Positions 48,193-57,657 of a stretch of DNA of 64,000 nt are shown here, piece by piece (the stretch's first letter is position 1; every line of letters begins with the position of its first letter). The stretch spans positions 10,903 to 74,902 of the forward strand of contig JAJRZI010000075.1 in the NCBI GenBank assembly GCA_024275295.1, written 5' to 3'. The position numbers and the translations under genes are program-made. This DNA is from Gammaproteobacteria bacterium (GTDB lineage Bacteria > Pseudomonadota > Gammaproteobacteria > Chromatiales > Chromatiaceae). The notes under the pieces are model-generated. The model was given only the letters and a program-made list of their open reading frames with translations. It searched no databases and was not told the origin of the DNA.

Positions 48193-49001
48193 GTTGTATA
48201 AAATGCTTATTTGCCATAGCTAGAATATGGCATCATGTAAGGCCTGTTGTTTAATCGAAGTACCATTTCTGCTATTTTCTTTAAGTATTTCTATTGTTGT
48301 CAGATCTTTGTTGTTTCAGGCTGCTGGTAAAAACTATGCACCTTGATGCAAGGCTTTTGTGTTTTTACTATTCAGCAGCCTCACTGGGTCTCTACAAGGG
48401 GCTGCATGTCGCCTGGGAGCGGAAGCGTTAAGTTGCAATAAAATAATCTATGGACTTGCGATCCATAGTGGTTGAATGCTCTGATCAGAGTCCCTTGGGA
48501 ACGTTAAGTGGTTCCATGTCTTTGCGCATCTTCTTCGGCACGTGCCTCCTTCCTTAATTGTAGATCTGGAGATGGGTATCGCCTGCTGGATGTGATCTAT
48601 TTCCGCTTTGTTATCCTTGGCAGTTAGTGCTTAGTGAAGAGGTGGTTAGTATTTTGGTTTAGCGGGGGAATCAAGTACAATCACCGATTCATTTGTGGAT
48701 ATATGCAACGATGGGGAGTCGTGCAGATATTAACATGCCCGGCAATAGCTCGCTGGCTGCTGGGTCGTGTGCATTTGATTGGTTTTTGTGGATTGAAATA
48801 GATTGTATTTCTAACAATTAATAAAAATGCTGATTTAGAAAAAAGTCGGCATTTATCCTTATTGATTATAGTGTTGGGGGAGGGTTGTATTCGTGAAGCT
48901 AGATTGCAGGCAGATCAGCCAATACAAAGAGGTGTATTTAAAGCTATGGAATGGCGATTGGTGAAATCTCACTTTAATTAAGCAATATAAGCATTGGCCA
49001 C

Positions 49002-50765
49002 ATGAGTTCTGTTAGCAGGACAGCATTTGCTTTGCTGGTGATTATTTGCGCTACTGGGGGTTCTTTTCCTGTGATGGCCTCGCTTCGGGATTATGGTATA
49101 TACCTGGGCTCAATAGGGGGAAGTACGTCGTTGCGCCTGGATAATAGGCTCAGAAAAAATACAACCAATAAGGAAAAATCAAATAAGTTAACTTCGACTA
49201 CAGTGATCCGTACAGAAGGTTTTATTTGGGATCCTCGTTTTATGACGGTAGATCTGAACTTAAAGTACGCTACAAGTAGAAGAAAGGCTGATACCTACGA
49301 TTCCGATGAGGATTCTATTGGCTTCAGGTTCAAATCTGTTCTTTTCCCTCGCTGGCGCTACCCATACTCACCAATTCGTTTGTCTGCCTCTAAAACAACA
49401 CGCACACTTGATAGTAATGGAGGAGGCGGTGTTGAGACAGGCTATACCCAGATGTCATTAAATTGGGGATTGGTTCAAAAACAGTTGGGCCGGGTGCGAA
49501 TGCGCTATAGTTATACCCTTGAGGAATCTACTGGGTGGATGCGTGAGCGGGATACCGTTAGAAACAGATTTCAGGCTCATGCAAGTAAACGAATCCTAAA
49601 AGGTAAGTGGGGTGAAACGCGCTCAAGGTATGGGTATCAGTTTGATACCTTTGATGAGCGAGTAGAAGATACGTTTGATGTGCAGCACTATCTTTTTATG
49701 AATAATGATACGAAGTTTGGGAGGAAAGCAGATTTAAGCTCTAATGCCTTGTTTTACCAGCGATACTATGATGGGCGTGATGATGGCATTGATGATGAAT
49801 ACGTATTTGCATCAAATGCAAATCTAAAGGTTCAGGAATCAGAGAGATTTCAACATTATTACTCATTGGGTTTTAGGTCTGATGATGAGAGTAATAATTA
49901 TTTTGGATCTGCAGGTGCAAGTTATAGTTATACCCATGACTTTGATAAGTATTTAAAAGCTACTGCCTCTACTGGGGCATTAGCTCGCTTTGGTGGAGGA
50001 TCAGCCGAGCAGTCCTTAATGCGGTTTAATGCAAATGCAAATGGCAGATTGGCTTATAGGCTAAGCTACGATGTTTATCGGCTAAATGCGCACTATAGTA
50101 TGCATGTGCGATCGCCTGCATGGGGTTCTGGATTGCGCAGTGCTCAGTCAGAGGTGGTTCGAATTAGTCAGTCTGCATCACTGGCGGTTTCCAGGCCAAA
50201 GAATCCATTGTATTCAGATATAGCTACTCTTCGAGCACAATATGAGATGGCGGAAGTGGATAGTTATTCATACTCTGCGGACTATTCAGCCAGGAGTGTA
50301 TATGAGTTTTCAAATAAAGCCTCTTCTCTGATCTCCGGGAATGTTACGGCATCTCAGCCAAGCCGTGGGGATTTCAGTCTTGGATTTGGTTCGTCGGCAA
50401 TGCTTAGGTATCGTTTTGGTCGTAGAGTGCATGCTTCTGTCAATGCCCGTCAGCGATGGAGGAAACAGGCCAATAGAGCGTTTTCTCTATTTGGTATTAA
50501 GGGGCTTGTTTCAGGGCGGCTCTATAGGCGGTTTAATGTAAAATTTTCTAGTGCATTAGGGTGGACAAGACGAATTGAAGAGATTCAATATAGTAATACC
50601 AGCCCTAGAGATGAAATTAGAGGGATGGCTGAAGTTAGTTCATCAATAGGAAAGCTTGTAACCTCATTAAGGTATACCTATAGCGAGACTGATTACGATG
50701 GCGACGTTTCATCTGACCAGTCAATTATGCTCCAAATCAAACGTTTTTTTGGCTGGCGACTATAG
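49002..50765 (+). CDS. putative outer-membrane beta-barrel protein (porin-like component of the cytochrome cluster)
   Basis: 587 aa. Signal peptide (AFALLVIICATGGSFPVMA). Tyr/Arg/Ser/Asp-rich with many alternating amphipathic stretches (RMRYSYTLEES, RLAYRLSYDVYRLNAHYSMHV, LRYTYSETDY). Aromatic-rich C-terminus (KRFFGWRL). No family recognised. Confidence 0.55.
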   Translation: MSSVSRTAFALLVIICATGGSFPVMASLRDYGIYLGSIGGSTSLRLDNRLRKNTTNKEKSNKLTSTTVIRTEGFIWDPRFMTVDLNLKYATSRRKADTYDSDEDSIGFRFKSVLFPRWRYPYSPIRLSASKTTRTLDSNGGGGVETGYTQMSLNWGLVQKQLGRVRMRYSYTLEESTGWMRERDTVRNRFQAHASKRILKGKWGETRSRYGYQFDTFDERVEDTFDVQHYLFMNNDTKFGRKADLSSNALFYQRYYDGRDDGIDDEYVFASNANLKVQESERFQHYYSLGFRSDDESNNYFGSAGASYSYTHDFDKYLKATASTGALARFGGGSAEQSLMRFNANANGRLAYRLSYDVYRLNAHYSMHVRSPAWGSGLRSAQSEVVRISQSASLAVSRPKNPLYSDIATLRAQYEMAEVDSYSYSADYSARSVYEFSNKASSLISGNVTASQPSRGDFSLGFGSSAMLRYRFGRRVHASVNARQRWRKQANRAFSLFGIKGLVSGRLYRRFNVKFSSALGWTRRIEEIQYSNTSPRDEIRGMAEVSSSIGKLVTSLRYTYSETDYDGDVSSDQSIMLQIKRFFGWRL

Positions 50766-50785
50766 CCAAATAGTGATGACACGGA

Positions 50786-51916
50786 TTGAAAATGTATCTT
50801 CAAGCTAGAGAGATTAAGTTTACCCGTTACCTGTTTAACCTGTGTTTGTTGATGGTAGTGCTTTCTAATGTAAACGCTGCTGATTGGAATGCGCTTAATG
50901 GTGGGTCACGGCATCTGTCGCATAGCCCGGATGTTATCCCTTTAGAACCTAAAAATGTATGGCAAGTGGGTATTGCCAGGCGCTTTTATGCGTCACCTGT
51001 TGTGATTGGTGATCGAATCTTTGTTGCGGCGCGTGGGAAACGTATTAAGGCGCTTAATATCAAGGATGGCGCTATTGTCTGGGAAGTGGCAGTGAAGGGG
51101 ATCCTGTCAGCCACACCGGCGGTTTCGGGTAATATATTAGTAGCGGGCGCAAAAGATGGTGTCGTAACTGCTTTAGATATATCAGATGGAAAGATTATTT
51201 GGCAGGTAAAGACAGGTGGCAAAGTCCTTTCCTCTCCTGTTATACTGGATGAAACGGTGTTTATAGGTTCAAATGATCTGCATTTGTATGCTCTGGATTT
51301 ATCTACTGGGAAGGTGCGCTGGAGGTATCGCGCTCATGACTATAAATATGGCGGCCTGTATGCATCTCCATCACTCGATGATAAACGGGTGTTTATAGGG
51401 GGCAAAAATGGTTACCTGTATGCAATAGATATAAAAACAGGCAAGCCAGTCTGGGGAGTGGCGCTTGGATCATCGATTTATGGGGCTGCTGCTGTTAGTG
51501 GAGAGCGCCTCTATATAGGTTCATACGACCGTAATCTGTATGCATTGCAAGCAGAGGATGGAAAAGAGATCTGGCGAGTTGAATTGGATGATTGGCCCCA
51601 AGGTGCACCTGTACTGTTTGAGGGTAAAGTGATTATTGCAAGTCGTAGTGGCATTTTATATGGAGTAGACGCTGAGGAAGGCCGCATATCATGGCGTATG
51701 GATCTGGAAGAGGGGCTACGGCATAGCCCTGTTGTAGATTCAAATGGAACGGGCGTGATTGGGACTACTGGCGGTAGATTGCTAGCTATTGACTTGCAAA
51801 AACAAGAGTTAATATGGGAGCAGGAAATGGAAGGGGGGGTATTTGGGCAAGTTGCCGTTACTGAATACGGTATTGTCGTGGCGACACTGGATGGGGTTGT
51901 GACATTGCTGCATTGA
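50786..51916 (+). CDS. PQQ-like/BamB-like eight-bladed beta-propeller protein
   Basis: 376 aa. Eight repeats of the form SP-V-x-x-x-x-(V/I)(F/Y)(V/I)G-x-x-x-G-x-(L/V)YA(L/I)D-x-x-x-G-x-x-x-W. Confidence 0.8.
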   Translation: MKMYLQAREIKFTRYLFNLCLLMVVLSNVNAADWNALNGGSRHLSHSPDVIPLEPKNVWQVGIARRFYASPVVIGDRIFVAARGKRIKALNIKDGAIVWEVAVKGILSATPAVSGNILVAGAKDGVVTALDISDGKIIWQVKTGGKVLSSPVILDETVFIGSNDLHLYALDLSTGKVRWRYRAHDYKYGGLYASPSLDDKRVFIGGKNGYLYAIDIKTGKPVWGVALGSSIYGAAAVSGERLYIGSYDRNLYALQAEDGKEIWRVELDDWPQGAPVLFEGKVIIASRSGILYGVDAEEGRISWRMDLEEGLRHSPVVDSNGTGVIGTTGGRLLAIDLQKQELIWEQEMEGGVFGQVAVTEYGIVVATLDGVVTLLH

Positions 51917-52033
51917 GATTGATTTTTGATGCTGTAAAGTTTTTTCCTTTAATTAATTGTGTATAATGCCCGCAAGATTTAATTATGATTCCCCTTATAG
52001 TAAATAGTTATATTTTTTAATGACTTATTTAAG

Positions 52034-53041
52034 TTGGGAGAGTGTGTGGTCGTTCGTGCATTAGTCACGCTATTGATATTGTGTTTTGCAGCAATGAGTA
52101 GTGCTGCGTGGGCGATAAGCGAGAAAGAGCTTTTAAATAATCCTGAGCAGATACACAGTCTGCTCGCAGATGAAAAAATTGCCTTTGAAGATGTCCCCAA
52201 CCCTCATTGGCGAGCAGATGCATGTATGGCCTGCCACCTTGAAAAGGCAAAAGAAGATAATAAAATGCCGCCCCTGCGAAGTACTGATTACAATGGGCTA
52301 TGCGGGAATTGCCATGATCCATCGCTGGTAGCTGAGTATATCCATGCCGTTGATATCGAGCCTCCGGATGAATTTCTAGACCGCATGCCTGAAGACTTTT
52401 TAGCGGCACTGGATCGTGGAGAAGGTGTGCTGACCTGTATCGTCTGTCATGATATGGCGATACATTGCGATGAAGGTTCGTTTGAACAGGCTGAGATAAA
52501 TCCGCTGTTTTTTCGCGGCGGGCCATATTCATCGCGTACAGATTTATGTTTTAATTGCCACGATCCAGAAGATTATGAGCGCTACAACCCCCACGATCAG
52601 GTTACTGATGAAGGGGAACTGGATACAGAGCAGTGTTTCTTTTGCCATAATGTAACGCCGAATCGTGCTGTTGCGCGAAGCATCAACGATGTCACCTTTA
52701 ATGTGGTAGAAGATCTAAAAAAATTATGTACAGGTTGTCACCCTTATAGTCCACACCCTGGAGGAACCTGGTTTGGTGCTACCGGCAACAAAGTAGGTGG
52801 AGGCCCTAATCACTTAAAGGTTCCTCCAGAGAAAATCCGGAAGCGCCTGGAAGTGATGGAAGCGAAAAGTGGGGCTGTGATGCCGCGAGAACCTGGAACA
52901 GGTAGCATCTTTTGTGCAACCTGTCATAATCCGCACGAAAGAGGCGTACAGTTCAGCAGGAAGGCGGATGTTGGTGCAGATGGATATAAGCGCCTGCGGC
53001 GAGGAAAATTCGAGATATGTCTGGCATGCCACGAAATGTAG
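52034..53041 (+). CDS. octahaem c-type cytochrome (periplasmic)
   Basis: 335 aa (TTG 52034 or GTG 52046 start). 8 CxxCH. Co-linear with 38733..39686. Confidence 0.85.
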   Translation: MGECVVVRALVTLLILCFAAMSSAAWAISEKELLNNPEQIHSLLADEKIAFEDVPNPHWRADACMACHLEKAKEDNKMPPLRSTDYNGLCGNCHDPSLVAEYIHAVDIEPPDEFLDRMPEDFLAALDRGEGVLTCIVCHDMAIHCDEGSFEQAEINPLFFRGGPYSSRTDLCFNCHDPEDYERYNPHDQVTDEGELDTEQCFFCHNVTPNRAVARSINDVTFNVVEDLKKLCTGCHPYSPHPGGTWFGATGNKVGGGPNHLKVPPEKIRKRLEVMEAKSGAVMPREPGTGSIFCATCHNPHERGVQFSRKADVGADGYKRLRRGKFEICLACHEM

Positions 53042-53075
53042 CAGTCAGTCAGTGTTACAACAAAAATGTTAGGTA

Positions 53076-54185
53076 TTGTCCATTAGTAAAATAAGGTTGC
53101 TGGTTTGCGCGATTTTTGTCGCGCTCAGTCTGCCCTCGATATCCCAGGCATTTGTGGATGACGAGGCATGTCTGATGTGTCACAAGTACCCCAAGATGGG
53201 GCGGGTTGACGATGAGGGATTCCAGAAGGCTTATTATGTGATACCCGAGGTGTTTTCAAAGACGGTGCACCGCAATGTGCCCTGTCGCGACTGTCACTAC
53301 TACATCAAGCAACTGCCTCACCGTCCAGTGAAGGAAGGTGTTCGTTGTGACCGCGAATGTCACTCGATTGAGAATCCATCAACGGGCAAGCCGTTCAGTC
53401 ATAAGCCTATCTATGATACCTTCAAGAAAAGTGTTCATGGGCGTGAGAAGCTGGAGACGGGGCTGGATAACGACAAGCCCTATTGCATTACCTGTCACAC
53501 CAACCCTCTCTACAATAAAGAAGAGGAAGCGCCACCAAAGAAAATCACAGACCGCTGCGTTGTATGCCATGAGGATGAGAAATTCGCCTTTAAATGGTAC
53601 AACCATACCAGTCGGCGCATCCGAGAAGTGAAGCGTGATACTCAGGATATCATCAAACTCTGTTCTCGCTGCCATGCTGACCAAGAGCTCCTTGCCCGGC
53701 ACAAAAAGGATGCAGATGATACAGGGCGTGAGATTGGGGAAAAGTACACTATTGCAGCTGAGTCATACCAAAACAGTTTTCACGGCAAGGTCGCCAAATA
53801 CGGTAATAAACAGGTTGCCAACTGCCTGAGTTGTCATGCGTCACCAGATAACTACTATATGAGTGTGCATGAACTGCGCCCATCTCGGGATCCGTTATCA
53901 CCTGTTAACAAGAACAACCGGGTGAAGACCTGTCGGCAGTGCCACAAAACAGCGGATGCCAATTATGCGGCCATTGATCCGCACCCAACCGATGAGAAGG
54001 AACTGAATGAGTTTAACTATTATGCAGAGATTATCTACGGCATCGTGGGTGATACAGCGCTGGCGCTACTGGTTGGACTCTCCTTGTTTGAAACTATTGG
54101 GCGTAAGCGTGATGGTATAGCGTGGGTTCTGCGCAATGGTACAACCTGGCGTGGCCGTAGCCGACGCAAACGCAAGTCAGCGTAA
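53076..54185 (+). CDS. multihaem c-type cytochrome with C-terminal membrane anchor (7 CxxCH + 1 CX3CH), CbcA-like
   Basis: 369 aa. VDDEACLMCHKYPKMGR. C-terminal TM (IIYGIVGDTALALLVGLSLF) and a basic tail. Confidence 0.8.
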   Translation: MSISKIRLLVCAIFVALSLPSISQAFVDDEACLMCHKYPKMGRVDDEGFQKAYYVIPEVFSKTVHRNVPCRDCHYYIKQLPHRPVKEGVRCDRECHSIENPSTGKPFSHKPIYDTFKKSVHGREKLETGLDNDKPYCITCHTNPLYNKEEEAPPKKITDRCVVCHEDEKFAFKWYNHTSRRIREVKRDTQDIIKLCSRCHADQELLARHKKDADDTGREIGEKYTIAAESYQNSFHGKVAKYGNKQVANCLSCHASPDNYYMSVHELRPSRDPLSPVNKNNRVKTCRQCHKTADANYAAIDPHPTDEKELNEFNYYAEIIYGIVGDTALALLVGLSLFETIGRKRDGIAWVLRNGTTWRGRSRRKRKSA

Positions 54186-54278
54186 AAGATATTTTAAATA
54201 GCCTAAAACTATGCTGCTTTAGCACTGTAGCTATAGGTCAAAATTAGTCACAGATTAACCAATGGGGACAACACGAGA

Positions 54279-55295
54279 ATGAAGCTGTCCAATGATGCAA
54301 ATAAGGTGCTGGGAACTTTTCTGCGCCAATATAAAATTCCAACGGAAGATGTAAATGATCTTGAAGAGATCGTTTCCATGATGCCGGAGGACAGAAAACA
54401 GATATACAAGAATGTGCAATCAAATCCAGTTGGGGATCTGTTTCGCTACTCTGTGCATATCCGTATCCAGCATTTACTGACCTTTACAACCTTTCTGCTG
54501 CTGGCATTTACGGGGTTGCCTATCCACTACAATGATGCGTTTTGGGCTGTGCCATTCAATGATCTACTGGGTGGCGTAGAGGTTACACGTGTTATTCACC
54601 GTACCCTGGCAACATGGATGGTGCTCTCTATGGTCTACCATCTCTTTACTGTTATTGGCGGAACCTTGCAGAAGATGGTAGAGGGCAAATTCGATATTGG
54701 CCGGAGCATTTTGCCTATTTTAAAGGATGCGAGGGACTTTGCTGCAGATATGGCTTACTTCGCTGGGCAGCGTGACAATCGTCCTGAGATGGATAAATTC
54801 ATGTATAAGCAGAAGATCCATTACTTTGCTGCCGCCTTTGGTAATATCGTGATGGTGATATCGGGATCTAGTTTCCTATTCCCCGAGTTCTGGAATAGCA
54901 TTTTGCCGCCTGATATCGCCTCCCATTTCCAAGAGATGATGCGGCTGTCGCATCCCCATGAGGCGTTGCTCGCCTTGTTGGTTATCGCATTCTGGCACTG
55001 GTATAACGTGCATCTCGCGCCGGGTCGTTTTCCGATGCAGTGGACATTTCTGACTGGTAAGCTGACAAGAGAACACCAGATTGAAGAGCATTTCCTTGAG
55101 TACCTCCGGTGCTTGGCTTCGCTTCCAGAAGAGAGGTCATATCTGCGAGAGGTGCTAGTCAGTAAGGGATTGGTCTCTGCTACAAAAGAGATAGATGCGC
55201 GCCAAAATTTCTTGTTTGATCAGCATCGCCAGTGGATCAAGGAACAGACGGAGTTGGGAGCACAAGGAGATGTGCTGGAAGATAGACAATCATGA
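54279..55295 (+). CDS. dihaem cytochrome b, FdnI/HydC type (extended N- and C-termini)
   Basis: 338 aa. RIQHLLTFTTFLLLAFTG. Homologue of 40893..41615. Confidence 0.8.
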   Translation: MKLSNDANKVLGTFLRQYKIPTEDVNDLEEIVSMMPEDRKQIYKNVQSNPVGDLFRYSVHIRIQHLLTFTTFLLLAFTGLPIHYNDAFWAVPFNDLLGGVEVTRVIHRTLATWMVLSMVYHLFTVIGGTLQKMVEGKFDIGRSILPILKDARDFAADMAYFAGQRDNRPEMDKFMYKQKIHYFAAAFGNIVMVISGSSFLFPEFWNSILPPDIASHFQEMMRLSHPHEALLALLVIAFWHWYNVHLAPGRFPMQWTFLTGKLTREHQIEEHFLEYLRCLASLPEERSYLREVLVSKGLVSATKEIDARQNFLFDQHRQWIKEQTELGAQGDVLEDRQS

Positions 55296-55408
55296 TGTCA
55301 CAGCTGACAAAAGGGCAAAAATTCATAGCATATGGATCTCTTCTCTTTGTGTTGGCTTGGACAGTCTTTGGTGTCTATGCCATTTGGCTAATGACTTCTG
55401 AAGGTTGA
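55292..55408 (+). CDS. possible 38-aa single-TM peptide
   Basis: Below the ORF-track length cut-off. ATGA overlap with the cytochrome b stop. Sequence MMSQLTKGQKFIAYGSLLFVLAWTVFGVYAIWLMTSEG. Confidence 0.35.
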   Translation: MMSQLTKGQKFIAYGSLLFVLAWTVFGVYAIWLMTSEG

Positions 55409-55468
55409 TGCCTTGCGTATCGCTTCAGGTAACAACAAATACTTTTACAAAATTGAAGGTTTCTGGTT

Positions 55469-56383
55469 ATGGCTGAAACAGTAGAACTCGATGCCATTTT
55501 TATCGCGCTGGCGGTAACACTGTTTGTGTTTTTCGTAACTGCCGTTATGGTGATTATCGATCACAAGGCAAAAATACCTGGAAAAGAGACGGCTGATTTT
55601 TTCAGTGTTTCAGGTATTCGACGGAACCACCCGGCATGGGCATGGATGGTATCGGTATTTTTGTGGTTTATTATTGGCAGCCTATTGGTGATTGTTTCCT
55701 ATAACATGCTGTCACATCTATGGGTACATGAAGAGCCTGTCGAGCGCTCTTTCCTGTAAAAGGTCTCTTTTGAAGGCGACCTTGAGCGCATCAGACATTT
55801 CCATAATTCCCCTAAAGTAGCGGCCTATTCAAAGGGTAAACAGCCTGTCTGCTTCTACTGCCATGGTGAATTTCCACATGCTAAACGCCCAATGGTACGC
55901 ACCTTGTTGAATATGCATACCCAGTTCGTTGGGTGTATGACCTGCCATGCAAACAATGAGAAGATTCCAGAAGAGGAACTTACATTTCGCTGGCTTAATT
56001 ACTCAGGAATCAGGGTTAACGGGCCGCAGTTTGGCACGGCTTATGATGAAGAGACAGGCGATCTCATCGGGACAGATGATCAGTACTCCAAAATTGTTGC
56101 CTACCGGAAAAAAGCAAATGGTGAGGAAGAGTTGTTGGAAATCACAGAAGATGCGCCAGAAGCTGCTGAGTTTATTAACATGTGCGGACAACTGACTACC
56201 CAGCAACAGGGTTCTGTGAAAAAGATGTTTCACACCATCGTTAATCCTATTGGCCGATTCTGTACGCGTTGTCATGTAGCAGAAGAGGGTAAGGGTTACC
56301 TGCCATTTCGAGAGCTTGGATTTTCGGATGCCAGAGCATTGGGTCTGACCAACCTTAATATTGCGGGTTTGGTTCAGAAGTAG
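55469..56383 (+). pseudogene. membrane-anchored trihaem c-type cytochrome, frame interrupted by in-frame TAA at 55757-55759 (and possibly continuing past TAG 56381-56383 to 56533)
   Basis: ORFs 55469..55759 (2 TM) and 55892..56383 are in the same frame. Codons 55760-55891 contain no stop and no ATG/GTG/TTG, yet encode the conserved RHFHN...CFYCHGEFPH first haem site seen in paralogue 40085..40909. Confidence 0.7.
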
Positions 56384-56557
56384 AAAGAGTTCTATATGGA
56401 GCTGGTATTTTTGGGCAAAGAAGATGATGAAGAAACCAAGGCTTTAGTTGGCGAAGATTCAGATCTTCCAGAGATGGATGACAATATGAAGAATGATCCA
56501 CGCGGCTGGTGGCGTCAGGGTGCTGACGAGTAAGTTGCTTAAGGCATAATTAGCTAA

Positions 56558-56644
56558 CCCGGATGTTTCATGAATCACGCGAATTCATGAAACATCCGGG
56601 CTAAGTGTTACAGGGGGTGAGCTCATAACTGAACCACCCCCTGT
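56558..56644. repeat. two consecutive perfect hairpins (18-bp and 10-bp stems)
   Basis: CCCGGATGTTTCATGAAT (56558-56575) pairs with ATTCATGAAACATCCGGG (56583-56600). ACAGGGGGTG (56610-56619) pairs with CACCCCCTGT (56635-56644). There is no U-tract. Confidence 0.7.
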
Positions 56645-56713
56645 CTGTTGTCAGACTATTTCTAGGCTACACTGACCAAATCAGTTTTTTGAATACCTCG
56701 GAGGTTCCCCGAT

Positions 56714-57655
56714 TTGAATTACAGAAATCGGTTCCTTGGAACCAATCTTCTAATCGTGACTTTGTTGTTGCTTATCAGCAGCAGCATTGCCGCAAAGCAG
56801 ACCATACCTTTAGGTAAGGCTGAACATCTGTTTGATATTCAGTCAGCGCCGGATGGCCCCCTCTCTTTACCGTCAGACGTTGCAATTGCAAATGATAACC
56901 GGATTTACATTGTGGATGGCGGCCATCACCGTGTGTTGGCGTATGGGCCAGATGGAAAATTTCTCTTTTCATTCGGAAAAAGAGGACGAGGCAAGGCTGA
57001 GTTCATGTGGCCACTGGGGATTGATGTAGATAAGGCCGGGTTGGTTTATGTTACTGATAAGGAGAATCACCGGATCCAGGTATTTGATCGCGATGGCGGG
57101 CATCAATTCAGTTTTGCAGTTAATAGAAAAGATGGCACGCCAGGGACGCCAATTGATGTTACGGTGAGTGCCAAGACAGGGCTTATATTTGTAACTGAAA
57201 ACTCACAACATCGTATCCTGGTATTTGATATAGATGGAACAAAGCTAGGCGGATGGGGTAAACGAGGTGTTCGGCAAAGGGAGTTCCGCTATCCAGGATC
57301 TATCCTCGTGCAGGATGGGAATGTTTATGTGGTTGATGTTCTGAATACCGTTATCAAAATATTCGATGAACGAGGCAAGTACCAATACAAAGTGGGTGAA
57401 TGGGGTGTATTGCCGGGTCAGTTCTACCGTCCAAAAGGTGTGGCTGTGGATAGCCAGGGTTTGATATATGTGACAGATAGTTATATGGATGTAGTTGAAG
57501 TCTTTGATAAAGGGTATAAATTTACCCATGTTCTTGCATCGGGCAAACAAAAATATAAATTCTATGCGCCTGCTGGTATTGCGATAGATGGTAGGGATAG
57601 ACTGTATGTTGCAGAGATGTTGGGGAATAAGGTTTCGGTATTTAAACTGCGATAG
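56714..57655 (+). CDS. NHL-repeat beta-propeller protein
   Basis: 313 aa (TTG start) with a signal peptide. Repeats YIVDGGHHRVLAYGPDGK, YVTDKENHRIQVFDRDG, FVTENSQHRILVFDIDG, YVAEMLGNKVSVF. Confidence 0.85.
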   Translation: MNYRNRFLGTNLLIVTLLLLISSSIAAKQTIPLGKAEHLFDIQSAPDGPLSLPSDVAIANDNRIYIVDGGHHRVLAYGPDGKFLFSFGKRGRGKAEFMWPLGIDVDKAGLVYVTDKENHRIQVFDRDGGHQFSFAVNRKDGTPGTPIDVTVSAKTGLIFVTENSQHRILVFDIDGTKLGGWGKRGVRQREFRYPGSILVQDGNVYVVDVLNTVIKIFDERGKYQYKVGEWGVLPGQFYRPKGVAVDSQGLIYVTDSYMDVVEVFDKGYKFTHVLASGKQKYKFYAPAGIAIDGRDRLYVAEMLGNKVSVFKLR

Positions 57656-57657
57656 CC

